A stretch of DNA of 64,000 nt from an uncultured Gemmatimonadaceae bacterium (GTDB lineage: Bacteria > Gemmatimonadota > Gemmatimonadetes > Gemmatimonadales > Gemmatimonadaceae). The notes under the pieces are model-generated. The model was not told the DNA's origin and ran no database searches. It saw only the letters and a list, made by a program, of their open reading frames with translations. The position numbers and the translations under genes are program-made. This document shows, piece by piece, positions 9,292 through 19,588 of this stretch. The DNA lies in assembly GCA_963781585.1 (NCBI GenBank), contig CAWAGQ010000007.1, positions 224,001 to 288,000 of the forward strand. The letters are read 5' to 3'. The first letter of the stretch is position 1, and each line of letters starts with the position of its first letter.

Positions 9292-9897
9292 TCAGCCGCC
9301 ACCGTCGGTCCCCTCCGTCCCCCGCGCGCCGGTGTCCAGCTGCTCGAGCAGGTACGCCTTGGCGCGCGTCCACTCGCGCTCGACCGTGCGCACCGACGTG
9401 CCGAGGATGTCAGCCGTCTCCACGACGTTGAACCCGCCGAAGAAACGAAGCTCCACGATCTGGGCCATGCGTTGGTTTCGCTGCGCCAGCCGGTCGATCG
9501 CTTCGTCCACCCCAAGCACATCACCAGCCGCGTCGTCCCCGGGCGACCTGATGTCATCAAGCGCGATCTGCACCGCCGAGCCGCCGCGCTTTTCGGCCCG
9601 CGCGCGACGGGCGTGATCCACCAGAATGTGGCGCATGGCCCGGCTGGCGAAGCCGAAGAACTGCGCGCGGCCCTCCCACTGTCCGCCGGCGTGTCCCACG
9701 AGCCGCAGATAGACCTCGTTCACCAGGGCGGTGGTGGCGAGCGTATCGTCCGGTCGCGACGCCAGCAGGCGCCGGTGCGCGATGGCACGCAGGTCATCGT
9801 ACACCAACGTCACCAGCGTGGAAAAGGCAGCCTCGTCCCCCTCGCTCCACTGGGCCAGGAGCTGGGTGACCTGCCCCGGGGAAGTGTCCATTGGCAT
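9292..9897 (-). CDS. ECF sigma factor, TIGR02999-like
   Basis: VTQLLAQW..VYDDLRAIA..TTALVNEVYLRL..RAMRHILVDHAR..KRGG..VELRFFGG..VEREW; start 9897 or 9891. Confidence 0.9.
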   Translation of the reverse strand: MPMDTSPGQVTQLLAQWSEGDEAAFSTLVTLVYDDLRAIAHRRLLASRPDDTLATTALVNEVYLRLVGHAGGQWEGRAQFFGFASRAMRHILVDHARRARAEKRGGSAVQIALDDIRSPGDDAAGDVLGVDEAIDRLAQRNQRMAQIVELRFFGGFNVVETADILGTSVRTVEREWTRAKAYLLEQLDTGARGTEGTDGGG

Positions 9898-10122
9898 CGG
9901 TGGCAGGGTGGCCGGAATGGTCGCTTCGGCCAACTTACCTACAGCCCACCTCGCCGCAATCCCCGCCGCTGAGCCCCATCCGTTCTTCCCCGCGAAGAGG
10001 GCTCGCCGGGCGTTGTCGCACGGGACGGCATTGGTCCGCCACGCCAGTGGCGGATGCCCCTCGCCGAGTGCGTTCAGGTATCAGCGCGGCACGCCGCCGT
10101 GATGAATTCCTGAAGGAGGTGC

Positions 10123-11439
10123 ATGATGCTCCTCACGTCGCGCCTGACTGCGATCGCCGGCCTGCTCGCCGGCGCGCTGACGGTCACCGCTTCTCCCGCC
10201 CACCTCGAGGCCCAGATCCTCAAGGGCCTGAAACAGGTCGCGAAGGATGCCGCCAAACGCGAGTTGCGCAACGAGGTGGATCGCATGGTGACCGAAGCGA
10301 TCCGGTGCAGCGTACGCGACCCGGCGTGCGTGAAGCGCGCGGAGGAAAAGGGGCAGCCGGTGGTCTTCACGGATGATTCCGGCGCGGTGATCACGGATGA
10401 CACGGGCAATCCCATCGGCGACGAGGAGACCGCCGCGGCGACAGTGGAAGGCCCCGGCGCAGACGTGTGGGCGAACTACGACTTTGTCCCGGGCGACCGG
10501 GTGCTGTTCACCGAGGACTACACCAACGACAATGTGGGCGACTTTCCCAAGCGGCTGCGCTTCCTCGACGGAAACATGGAGGTGGTGGAAGCGAAGGACG
10601 CGCGCTGGCTGCGGGCGACCTCCGGATCGGCCTTCGCGATCGAACTGAGCGACACACTGCCCGATCGCTTCACTCTGGAGTTTCCGGTGTTATGGAACCA
10701 CCCGAATCAATGGATGCGGGTGCTGTTCGCCGTCCCCGCCAAGCTGACGGTGAAAGCCCGTGGCGTGAACGGGTACAAGCGGCCGCACCTCCAGATCGAT
10801 GAGCGCAACACGGGGATCTACAGTTTCGACCACTCCACCCCGACGGCGTTGACGCCGATCAAGGGGAGAATCCTGCACGGTCCGGCGATGATCCGGCTCA
10901 TGGCAGACGGCCAGTACGTGAAGGTGTACGTGGGAGAAAAGCGAGTCGCGAATATTCCGCAAACCGACCTGGGCCGCGCCGACAAGCTGTGGTTCACCAT
11001 CGCCGACGCCACTGACAAGAATCCGATGTACGTGGGCCCGATTCGCGTGGCGGCCGGTGGCGCCGATCTCTACGACAAGCTCGCGGCCGACGGGCGGGTG
11101 ACCACGCGCGGTATCCTGTTCGACATCGACAGCGACCATATCCGTCCCGAGTCGACGCCGACGCTCGACGAGATCGGGACGATGCTCCAGGGCCACGCGG
11201 ACCTCCGCATCGCCATCGAAGGACACACCGACGACACCGGCGATGACGCGCACAACCAGGACCTGTCCGAACGGCGCGCGGCAAGCGTGAGGCAGTACCT
11301 GGTGGATCACTATGGCGTCGTCGCGACCCGTCTCGAAGCGCACGGCTATGGCGAGACCAGGCCCGTGGACACCAACGATACGCCCGAGGGGCGGCAGAAC
11401 AACCGGCGGGTGGAACTGGTGAAGCTGACTTCGGGCTGA
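10123..11439 (+). CDS. OmpA-family peptidoglycan-binding protein with N-terminal beta domain
   Basis: AGGAGG RBS; signal peptide; IEGHTD..NQDLSERRA..GYGETRP..NRRVE. Confidence 0.9.
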   Translation: MMLLTSRLTAIAGLLAGALTVTASPAHLEAQILKGLKQVAKDAAKRELRNEVDRMVTEAIRCSVRDPACVKRAEEKGQPVVFTDDSGAVITDDTGNPIGDEETAAATVEGPGADVWANYDFVPGDRVLFTEDYTNDNVGDFPKRLRFLDGNMEVVEAKDARWLRATSGSAFAIELSDTLPDRFTLEFPVLWNHPNQWMRVLFAVPAKLTVKARGVNGYKRPHLQIDERNTGIYSFDHSTPTALTPIKGRILHGPAMIRLMADGQYVKVYVGEKRVANIPQTDLGRADKLWFTIADATDKNPMYVGPIRVAAGGADLYDKLAADGRVTTRGILFDIDSDHIRPESTPTLDEIGTMLQGHADLRIAIEGHTDDTGDDAHNQDLSERRAASVRQYLVDHYGVVATRLEAHGYGETRPVDTNDTPEGRQNNRRVELVKLTSG

Positions 11440-11456
11440 GACCGGGAGGAATCGCG

Positions 11457-12209
11457 TCAGCCAGCCGCCAGCAACTCGCGGGTGGCCGGATGGGTGGGAT
11501 GCGCAAGAACGTCCACCGCCGGCCCGTGCTCCACCAGCGCGCCGTCGGCGAGGATCACCACCCGGTCGGCCGCGGCACGCGCGAATTCCACGTCGTGGGT
11601 GGCGATCAGCAGCGCCCGGCCGCCGCGAGCCAGTTCCCGCAGCGTGGCGCCTAACGCACTGCGCCGCGCGGGATCGAGCGCCGACGTGGGCTCGTCCATC
11701 AGGAGCAGCAGGGGGCCCGGCGCGAGCGCCCGGGCGATGGCCACCCGCTGGGCCTCGCCGCCCGAGAGCTGGCGGGGATAGGCCCGGGCGCGCTCCGCCA
11801 CCCCCAGCGCCTCGAGGAGCCCGGCGGCCACCGATTCGGCGCGCGTGCGACTCCAGCCCAGCGCGTGCACCGGCGCCAGGGTGATGTTATCCATCGCCGT
11901 GAGGTGGTCGAACAGCGAGTGCGCCTGAAACACCATCCCCACCTTGGCGCGCAGCGCCCTGAGCCGTGACTGCGGAGGCACCGGGCCCGGATGCAGCGAG
12001 ACGTCGTCGATCGTGATGGTGCCGGTCTGGAACGGCTCGAGCGCGGCGATGGCGCGCAGCGCGGTCGTCTTGCCGGCCCCCGACACTCCCATCAGCGCGC
12101 AGACCTCGCTGCGCGCGACCTCCAGATCGAGTCCCCGCAGGACAGCACGTGGACCGCGCGAGATCGACAGGCCCTGCACCGCGAGCGCGGTGCCGTTGCT
12201 CGCGTTCAC
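11457..12209 (-). CDS. Polar amino acid ABC transporter ATP-binding protein
   Basis: GVSGAGKT, LSGGEAQRVAIARAL, DEPTSALDP; GTGA coupling to upstream gene. Confidence 0.9.
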   Translation of the reverse strand: MNASNGTALAVQGLSISRGPRAVLRGLDLEVARSEVCALMGVSGAGKTTALRAIAALEPFQTGTITIDDVSLHPGPVPPQSRLRALRAKVGMVFQAHSLFDHLTAMDNITLAPVHALGWSRTRAESVAAGLLEALGVAERARAYPRQLSGGEAQRVAIARALAPGPLLLLMDEPTSALDPARRSALGATLRELARGGRALLIATHDVEFARAAADRVVILADGALVEHGPAVDVLAHPTHPATRELLAAG

Positions 12210-13747
12210 GTGACGCGCAGCCGCTGCTCGAGACGGCGCGCCGCGTGCGAGAGCGGCAGCGACATTGCCAGATACACCAGCCCGCACAGCAGACCAGGCA
12301 CCAACCAGCTCCCGATATTCGTGGCGTAGATCGCCGTCTGCTTGGTGAGCTCGACCACGGTAATGACCGAGACGAGCGATGAATCCTTGAGCAACGCCAC
12401 GAAGTCGTTCGTCATCGGGGCCAGCGCGAGGCGCAGCGCCTGCGGCCCCCGCACCAGGCGCAGGATCATGCCTTCCGACAACCCCAGCGTGCGCGCCGCC
12501 TCCAGCTGCGACCGCGGGATGGCTTCGAGGGCGCCGCGATAGATCTCCGACTCATATGCGGCGTAGTTGAGCCCGAGGCCCACGACCGCGGCGACAAACG
12601 CGGGGAGCCGGACCACGCCCGACAGGCCATAGTAGATGACGAACAGCTGCAGCAGGACCGGCGTCCCCCGCATCACCTCGACGAACGCGTGCAGCAGGAC
12701 GCGCACGGGCCGGGGTCCGTAGATCCGCCCCGCGGCAATGCCGATGCCCGTCGCTACCGCCAGCGCCATCGAAAGACACGACAGCACCAGCGTCACCACC
12801 GCCGCACGCAACAGCGCCGGCAGATAGTTCGAAAGACGGCGCACCTGCACGCCGGTGGGAGCGCCAGGCGTTGCCGACGCCAGCACCGTCTGGAAGTACG
12901 CGGCCTCGCGATCGTCCCAGACGTTCCAGGCGCGAAACGTCTTCTCCAGCGATCCGTCGCCCATGCGCTCGCGCAGGATCGCATTGATCGAATCCCGAAG
13001 CGCGAGGTTCGACCGCGCCAGGACGCCCACGTAGTGCGCGACCGCGACCGGATCCGGCTGGATCACGAAGCCGCCGGTGCGCCGCAGCGATCGCTCGGCG
13101 ATGATGTGATCGAGCAGTACCGCGTCCACGCGACCGGCGACCAGATCGCTGTAGGGATGAACGTCGTCGTCGTACGAGACCGGCTGGAGCCCCAGACTGT
13201 CGCGGGCCGCAAGCAGGATCTCGTAGGCGGTGGTGGCGCCGAGGGTCGCGACGCGATGTCCCCGGAGATCTGCCAGGCGACGAAAGCGGCTGCTGTCGGC
13301 CGGGCGCACTGCGAGCACCTCGCGAAACTCGAAGTACGGTATGGTGACCGCGTGCCGCGCCCGGAGCTGCGGCCGATCCTCAACGCCGGACATGCCGATG
13401 TCGAAGTCGCCGCGCTCCACGGATGCTTCTATGGAAGACCAGGCGACCTGCACGAACTGCGGCTCCCGTCCCAGCCCTGCAGCGATCATGCTGGCGATGT
13501 CGACGTCAAAGCCCCGAACCTTCGTGGGGTCGGCCGGATCGGCCTCCACGAAGGGCGCCCCACCTTCGGCGTCACCGCCCCAACGGAGGAGAGGACCGAG
13601 CGCCGTGGCCGGGGCGGTGGTGCCCGCCTGTACACCCGGCGCCCGCTGGGCCGGCAGGGAAACGGAAGCGAGCACGATTGTGGCGGTGCCCACCAACACG
13701 CCGATCGGGCGGGCTCGCAGCGCTGTGTGCTGACCGCTGGCATACAT
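12206..13747 (-). CDS. Amino acid ABC transporter, fused substrate-binding + permease
   Basis: GFDVDIA SBP_bac_3 pattern followed by RGTPVLLQLF and EAARTLG..LLKDSSL permease motifs. Confidence 0.9.
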   Translation of the reverse strand: MYASGQHTALRARPIGVLVGTATIVLASVSLPAQRAPGVQAGTTAPATALGPLLRWGGDAEGGAPFVEADPADPTKVRGFDVDIASMIAAGLGREPQFVQVAWSSIEASVERGDFDIGMSGVEDRPQLRARHAVTIPYFEFREVLAVRPADSSRFRRLADLRGHRVATLGATTAYEILLAARDSLGLQPVSYDDDVHPYSDLVAGRVDAVLLDHIIAERSLRRTGGFVIQPDPVAVAHYVGVLARSNLALRDSINAILRERMGDGSLEKTFRAWNVWDDREAAYFQTVLASATPGAPTGVQVRRLSNYLPALLRAAVVTLVLSCLSMALAVATGIGIAAGRIYGPRPVRVLLHAFVEVMRGTPVLLQLFVIYYGLSGVVRLPAFVAAVVGLGLNYAAYESEIYRGALEAIPRSQLEAARTLGLSEGMILRLVRGPQALRLALAPMTNDFVALLKDSSLVSVITVVELTKQTAIYATNIGSWLVPGLLCGLVYLAMSLPLSHAARRLEQRLRVT

Positions 13748-14124
13748 CAGACCGACACTAAGGGCTGGGCGCGCCGCGTCAACGGCGATCCCAAGACAGC
13801 GATCAGCAATCAGCGGTCGAGCAAAGCGGCCGCGAAAGCTGATCGCCGATCGCTGTCGTCCTGTGACGAGTCGACAAGCGAGCACGAGCATAGAGCCGCG
13901 ACACGGCGCTGTGCCCGCGGGCAGCTGCAAGGCCCTGAACGATGACCGGCCTCTGTCCCGGGGCCCTTGCCCCATGGCCGATGACATCCATGACCTGTGG
14001 CCTGTCTCGATTGTGACCGCGGCCCGGCAGCCGGGGTCTCCACCTCACCGAGCGCACAGTTGCCAGTTCGCACCGCGCCGCCTACTTTCGTGAGCGTACC
14101 CCCGAACGGGGATCAATCCTGATC

Positions 14125-14259
14125 ATGTACTCCAGCTTCCTCACCTCCTCACTGCTTCGTGATCACGCGCCGCGTGCCTTTGCGCGCATGGGCGAAGTGT
14201 GCCCAATCGCGACGCGGATTGCGGTCGGCGACGTCACCGCCGGAGGACGAGCACCCTAG
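14125..14259 (+). CDS. Putative 44-aa leader peptide ending RAP-stop
   Basis: ATG 14125 to TAG 14259: MYSSFLTSSLLRDHAPRAFARMGEVCPIATRIAVGDVTAGGRAP; below ORF-track cutoff; RBS weak. Confidence 0.5.
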   Translation: MYSSFLTSSLLRDHAPRAFARMGEVCPIATRIAVGDVTAGGRAP

Positions 14260-14285
14260 GGGAACAGGATTCGAGGTCGTGATCC

Positions 14286-14324
14286 GGCCTTTCGGGTGCA
14301 GCAGACCCGAAAGGCCTTTTTGTT
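14286..14324 (+). terminator. Intrinsic terminator in 5' leader of ABC exporter (attenuator)
   Basis: Perfect 12-bp stem GGCCTTTCGGGT/ACCCGAAAGGCC, 7-nt loop, then TTTTTGTT, just upstream of ATG 14350. Confidence 0.85.
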
Positions 14325-14349
14325 GCGCCTCACTCAACGGATCACGGAC

Positions 14350-16656
14350 ATGAATCAGGTTCTCATCGATCGCGAAGTCATCGAGCGGTACGCGGGCCAG
14401 CCTTCGCGTCTCCCTCCGCACGTTCGCGCGCAGATCGAGCGGGCGTGGGGCGGCGAGCCGGTACAGCTGTACGCCCTGGCCGATCTCGACGGTGCCCTCC
14501 GACTCGGCGAGTCGTGGCTCGCGTTAGGCCCGCGGCACCTGGCGATTGCCAGACGCGGCGATCATCCGTCGGCGATTCGGCTTCCCGACCGGGCGGCGGA
14601 TCGCGCTCCGCGCGCGCACGATGTGCAGATCGTCGATCGCTCACGGATCCAGGCGGTCCAGCAGGCGCCCGGGCTCAGCGCGAACACACTGATCGTGCTC
14701 GGCGCTCCTGACGACCCGCCGCTGGCGGTGGTGCGCTACACGCAGCGCCAGCGGGGAGCGTTCGAGAACATCCGCTTTGTCCTCGAGGAGGCGCTGGCGG
14801 GGCGCACGGTCACGGCCAGCGACGGCGACCGCATGTACGCCGAGTCGGTGGCGCGCCCGGTGCGGGACGCACAGGCGCTGGTGGCCAGGCGGCGGTCGGC
14901 GGTGCTGCTCCGCCTGCTGGGCTATCTGCAGCCATATCGGCGTCAGCTCCTGCTGGGCCTCTCGGCGGCGGCCGTGATCACGCTGGCCAGTCTCGTTCCT
15001 CCGTATCTGGCCGGCTTCATCATCGACCGCGCCGTGCGACCGGTGCAGGAGGGAACGCTGTCGCGCGGCGCCGCCGGCACGATGGCGTGGCTGGCGGTGG
15101 CGACGATGGCGGTGCTGTACGTGATCCGTCAGGCGGCGGCGCACGTGCGGCTGCGGCTCATGTCGGTGCTGGGCGAGCTGGTCGCGCGCGACCTGCGAGC
15201 GGAGTTGTACGAGCACATTCAGCGGTTGAGCCTGTCCTTCTTCTCGCGAAAGAAGACGGGGAGCCTGATCACGCGGGTCACATCGGACACCGACCGCCTG
15301 TGGGACTTCCTGGCGTTCGGCGTGGTGGACGTGTCGCTGTCGCTGATCATGATCCTCGGCCTGTCGATCGTGCTGCTCGCGCTCGACTGGCGGCTCGGCC
15401 TGGTCATGACGCTGCCGGTGCCGGTGTTCTGCTGGCTGATCTACTGGCACGGCGAATCGCTGCAGCGGCTCTTCCTGCGCGCGTGGCGCAAGTGGTCGCG
15501 GGTGACCGACGTACTGTCGGACACCATCCCGGGCATCCGGGTGGTGAAGGCGTTCAACCAGGAGGCGCGCGAGATCGGCCGGTTCGGCGAGCGCAACGAC
15601 GCGGTGACCGAGGAATTCAACCGCATTCACCGGATGTGGACCCTGTTCTGGCCGTTGCTGATGTTCGCGGTGCACGCCACCACGATCATGGTGTGGGTGT
15701 TTGCCGTGCCGCGCTTGTTAGGCGACGGCGATCCGTTGTCGGCCGGCGTGTTCGTGTCGTTCCTGCTGTACACCACCATGTTCGTGGCCCCGATCGAGGT
15801 GATCGGGCAGATGGCGCGGACCATGAACCGGGCCACGTCGTCGGCGCACCGCGTGTTCGAGGTGCTCGACAGCCAGCCCGAGGTGCGGGACGCCCCGGAG
15901 CCGGTGCGGCTGATGCCGGTGCAGGGCGAGGTGCGGTTCGAGAACGTGACCTTCGCCTACGACGGCGTGCGGCAGGTGTTGCGCGGGATCTCGTTCGCGG
16001 TGCAGCCGGGGGAGCTGATCGGGCTGGTGGGTCCATCGGGAGGCGGAAAGTCCACGGTGGTGAGTCTGATCGCGCGATTCTACGACGCCTCGGGCGGCGT
16101 GGTGCGCATCGACGGGGTGGACGTGCGCCGGCTGGACACCGGGCACTATCGCCAGCAGCTGGGGATGGTGCTCCAGGATCCGTACCTGTTTCACGGGACC
16201 GTGCTGGAGAACATCCGGTACGGTCTCCCGGAGGCGTCGTTAGGTGAGACGGTGGCGGCGGCGCAGGCGGCCAACGCCCACGACTTCATCTGCAAGCTGG
16301 GACAGGGCTATGACACGGTGGTGGGGGAACGCGGGCACACGCTTTCGGGCGGGGAACGCCAGCGGATCTCGATCGCGCGCGCGATTCTGCACAATCCCCG
16401 GATTCTGATTCTCGACGAGGCGACCAGCAGCGTGGACACCGAAACCGAGCGTGAGATCCAGGAAGCGCTGGAACGGCTCATTGCCGGGCGGACCGTCTTT
16501 GCCATCGCGCACCGGCTGTCGACGCTGCGCCGGGCATCACGGTTGTTCGTGATGGAGCAGGGACGGCTCACGGAATGCGGGACGCACCACGAACTGTTAC
16601 AGAAGCACGACGGAACGTACCGAAGGTTGTATGAGATGCAGCTTCAATTGCAGTGA
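14350..16656 (+). CDS. ABC exporter (fused TMD+NBD) with N-terminal soluble extension
   Basis: TM helices; GPSGGGKST, LSGGERQR, LDEATSSVD, IAHRLST. Confidence 0.92.
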   Translation: MNQVLIDREVIERYAGQPSRLPPHVRAQIERAWGGEPVQLYALADLDGALRLGESWLALGPRHLAIARRGDHPSAIRLPDRAADRAPRAHDVQIVDRSRIQAVQQAPGLSANTLIVLGAPDDPPLAVVRYTQRQRGAFENIRFVLEEALAGRTVTASDGDRMYAESVARPVRDAQALVARRRSAVLLRLLGYLQPYRRQLLLGLSAAAVITLASLVPPYLAGFIIDRAVRPVQEGTLSRGAAGTMAWLAVATMAVLYVIRQAAAHVRLRLMSVLGELVARDLRAELYEHIQRLSLSFFSRKKTGSLITRVTSDTDRLWDFLAFGVVDVSLSLIMILGLSIVLLALDWRLGLVMTLPVPVFCWLIYWHGESLQRLFLRAWRKWSRVTDVLSDTIPGIRVVKAFNQEAREIGRFGERNDAVTEEFNRIHRMWTLFWPLLMFAVHATTIMVWVFAVPRLLGDGDPLSAGVFVSFLLYTTMFVAPIEVIGQMARTMNRATSSAHRVFEVLDSQPEVRDAPEPVRLMPVQGEVRFENVTFAYDGVRQVLRGISFAVQPGELIGLVGPSGGGKSTVVSLIARFYDASGGVVRIDGVDVRRLDTGHYRQQLGMVLQDPYLFHGTVLENIRYGLPEASLGETVAAAQAANAHDFICKLGQGYDTVVGERGHTLSGGERQRISIARAILHNPRILILDEATSSVDTETEREIQEALERLIAGRTVFAIAHRLSTLRRASRLFVMEQGRLTECGTHHELLQKHDGTYRRLYEMQLQLQ

Positions 16657-16704
16657 ACTCCCGGCGCTTTTCCTGAGAGCTGACCGATGATGATTGGAGG
16701 GCCA

Positions 16705-17247
16705 ATGCAAACGATGGAGTTTCCTGAACTGACCGAACCGGTGGAGCGGGCATCGCCTCCCCCGGTGCGGCATCCGACCGTCTTCGCTCCCGGTCCGTTT
16801 CTGCGGATCGGGGCCGACGGCCGCCTGATATTCCACGGCGCGGGGGCGCCGGTCGCCGTGCGGCTCCGCCAGTGCTTTCCGTGGTCGGAGCCACACCGGT
16901 ACGTGTCGCTGCGCGATGCCGACGATCGCGAGATCGCGCTGGTCGACGATCCGGCATCGCTGGACGAACACTCACGTCAGGCGCTGGAACAGGCGCTGGC
17001 CGAGGCGGGCTTCGTGCTGGACGTGACAAGGGTCGTCGACGTCGACGAGGAGGTGGAGATCCGCCACTGGACGGTGCACACGGAACAGGGCGAGCGCACG
17101 TTCCAGACCCACCTCGACGACTGGCCGCGCGTGCTGCCGGATGGCGGGCTGCTCATTCGCGACGTGGCTGGAGATCTGTACCGACTGGACAATCCGGCCA
17201 GCCTCGACAAGCGGAGCCGCGAGCTCTTGTGGGCGTTCGTGGACTGA
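16705..17247 (+). CDS. DUF1854-like protein
   Basis: CFPWSEPHRYVSL, WTVHTEQGERTF, LIRDVAGDLY..LDKRSR pattern; GGAGG RBS; follows ABC exporter as is typical. Confidence 0.75.
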   Translation: MQTMEFPELTEPVERASPPPVRHPTVFAPGPFLRIGADGRLIFHGAGAPVAVRLRQCFPWSEPHRYVSLRDADDREIALVDDPASLDEHSRQALEQALAEAGFVLDVTRVVDVDEEVEIRHWTVHTEQGERTFQTHLDDWPRVLPDGGLLIRDVAGDLYRLDNPASLDKRSRELLWAFVD

Positions 17248-17252
17248 TCGGG

Positions 17253-18503
17253 TCAGGCCCGCTCCGCCGCGGGCCCGGCAGGGTCGGCGACGCGCGAGCG
17301 CGTCGCCGACCAGTACAGGCCAAAGCACCCCACCGTCAGCAGCGCCGCGGTGAAGAACGCGGCGCCGGGCACCTGGACCGGGGAGTCCGCCGCGGTGAAG
17401 TGGCCGAATAACCCCGTCATGATCGGCGGTCCGATAATCGAGCTGAGCGAAAACAGCGCGGCCACCGCGCCCTGCAATTCACCCTGGGCGTCAGGCTCCA
17501 CCCGGTGCGACATGATGGCGTTGGTCATCGGCATGACGATGGCGCCGACCAGCCAGGTGGTGAGCCACGCGAACATCATCCACCCCGCCGTCGCCGCGCC
17601 GTATCCGGCATAGCCTAACGCGGCGACGAAGACTCCCAGCAGTCCGGCACGGCGCTCGCCGACCCGTCGCACCAGCAGCCGCGGCATCGTCGTCTGGGCC
17701 AGCGTCATCACCGCCCCGGCCGCCGCCAGCGACAGGCCGATCATCGCTTCCGACCAGCCGAAACGATACCTGGTGTAGAAGCTCCAGGTGGTGGGCATCA
17801 CCTGGTTGGCGAGCATCCAGAGAAACATCGCGCCGAGCAACCCGGACACCAACGGCTGCCGCCGCATCTGGCGCAGCGTGCCGAGAGGATTGGCGCGCGT
17901 CCAGTGAAATGGACGCCGTCGCTCCGCTGGCAGCGATTCCGGCAGCACGAAAGTGCCGTAGAGAAGATTGAGCCCGCCCAGGATCGCGGCCGCGAAGAAG
18001 GGCGCCCGCGGTCCCAGTCCGCCCAGCAGGCCGCCGATCGCCGGCCCGGCAATGAACCCCACGCCGAACATCGCGCTGATCACCCCGAAGTGCTGCGCGC
18101 GCTTTTCCGGTGGACTGATGTCGGCCACGTACGCGTAGGCGGGCGTGAACGAGGCGCCGGCCATTCCCGAAATCGTGCGTCCAAGAAAGAGCCAGCCTAA
18201 CGTGGGCGCCAGCCCCATGATCAGGTAGTCCACGCCCAGGGCACCGATGGCGATCAGCAGGACCGGCCGGCGGCCGAAGCGGTCTGAGAGATTTCCCAGC
18301 ACCGGCGCACACAGGAACTGCATGGTGGCATACACGAACGCCAGCCACCCGCCGTCGACCGCCGCCTGACTCACCCCCTTGCCCGTCAGCTGCACGAGCA
18401 ACGTCGGCAGCACCGGGATGATCAGCCCGAAGCCGACGGTGTCGAGCAGCAGCGTGATGGCGACGAAGGCGAGTGCGTGGCGCCCGGGCGCGCGCGTCGG
18501 CAT
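17253..18503 (-). CDS. TCR/Tet-family MFS efflux transporter
   Basis: LLDTVGFGLIIPVLP, GNLSDRFGRRPVLL, LPESL, QGELQG. Confidence 0.9.
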   Translation of the reverse strand: MPTRAPGRHALAFVAITLLLDTVGFGLIIPVLPTLLVQLTGKGVSQAAVDGGWLAFVYATMQFLCAPVLGNLSDRFGRRPVLLIAIGALGVDYLIMGLAPTLGWLFLGRTISGMAGASFTPAYAYVADISPPEKRAQHFGVISAMFGVGFIAGPAIGGLLGGLGPRAPFFAAAILGGLNLLYGTFVLPESLPAERRRPFHWTRANPLGTLRQMRRQPLVSGLLGAMFLWMLANQVMPTTWSFYTRYRFGWSEAMIGLSLAAAGAVMTLAQTTMPRLLVRRVGERRAGLLGVFVAALGYAGYGAATAGWMMFAWLTTWLVGAIVMPMTNAIMSHRVEPDAQGELQGAVAALFSLSSIIGPPIMTGLFGHFTAADSPVQVPGAAFFTAALLTVGCFGLYWSATRSRVADPAGPAAERA

Positions 18504-18658
18504 GGAGTTCCTCCGGCCCGGATACTGACCCCGAGGCCACGCCCGAGCAACGGTCCGGCGGCCGCCGGCCGGTCGCGATCCCAATGGCCCGGCTCCACTT
18601 GCCTCGCCGCAGGGTGCCGTTGAGATTGACCACGTAGACCCTATCCCCCGGCGTCGAT

Positions 18659-19558
18659 ATGCAAACATCATTCTCAGCTCCGGCCCGCGTACGTCTCGCC
18701 GCGCCACTCTTCTGTGCGGCGACGCTCTTCCTCGCCGTACCCGATCTCCAAGCGCAGCGGGGCGGCGGAGGTCGCGGTGGATCGCCCGAACTCCGCCAGG
18801 CCGCCAGCCTCGACACCGACGGAAAGACAACCGAAGCGCGCGCCATCTATCAGCGGCTCGCCGATCAGGCCACCGACCCGGCCACCAAGGCCAACCTCCA
18901 GCGGTCCGTGGCGATGTCGTACGCGTTCGACGGTGACTGCGCGAATACCGTCAAGTACGAGGAGATGGTCATCGCTTACTGGATGACACGCGAACAGGCC
19001 GAGCCGCAGAACGCCTTCTATCAGGAAGGCGAGATGGCCGATGAAGGGGCCCGCGTCTGCATCGATGCCGGCGATCTCGCGATCTCGGAGCGGATGTATC
19101 GGCGAGGCTACGAACTCGGCACCCGGGAGCCCGACCCGAAGACGCATCCGAAGAGCCTCTGGGACTATCGGCTCGCGCACGCCCTGGGGCGCATCGCCGC
19201 GCGTCGCGGCGACAAGGCCGAGGCGCAGCGCCAGATCCAGGCCGCGCGAAAAGCCCTGGACGGCGACCCCGCAATGGCCGAACAGCAGGAGCGGTTCTTC
19301 CCGTACCTCGTCGGCTACGTCGCCCTTTTTACGAATGACCTCAAGACCGCGGAATCGGAATTCACGAAGATGCTCGGCATGCAGGGAAACCAGAACGATC
19401 CCTTCATGAACTGCCTGCTGGCGATGACCTACGAGAAGATGGGCAATGCGGACAAGGCGAAGGAGCTGTACCAGAAAGCCTACGACCTCGCCACCGCGCA
19501 CAATCCGCCCGCGGCATTCGTGCGCCCTTACGCGCGCAAGAAGATCGCCACGTCGTGA
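18659..19558 (+). CDS. Secreted TPR-like helical protein
   Basis: Signal peptide; LAMTYEKMGNADKAKELYQKA TPR pattern. Confidence 0.7.
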   Translation: MQTSFSAPARVRLAAPLFCAATLFLAVPDLQAQRGGGGRGGSPELRQAASLDTDGKTTEARAIYQRLADQATDPATKANLQRSVAMSYAFDGDCANTVKYEEMVIAYWMTREQAEPQNAFYQEGEMADEGARVCIDAGDLAISERMYRRGYELGTREPDPKTHPKSLWDYRLAHALGRIAARRGDKAEAQRQIQAARKALDGDPAMAEQQERFFPYLVGYVALFTNDLKTAESEFTKMLGMQGNQNDPFMNCLLAMTYEKMGNADKAKELYQKAYDLATAHNPPAAFVRPYARKKIATS

Positions 19559-19588
19559 ACCGGCGGTCTCCCGACTCGTCGATCCCCG

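Noticed and set aside
17253..18503. Acquired tetracycline resistance gene
   Set aside because: No tetR or mobile context; family membership does not prove substrate
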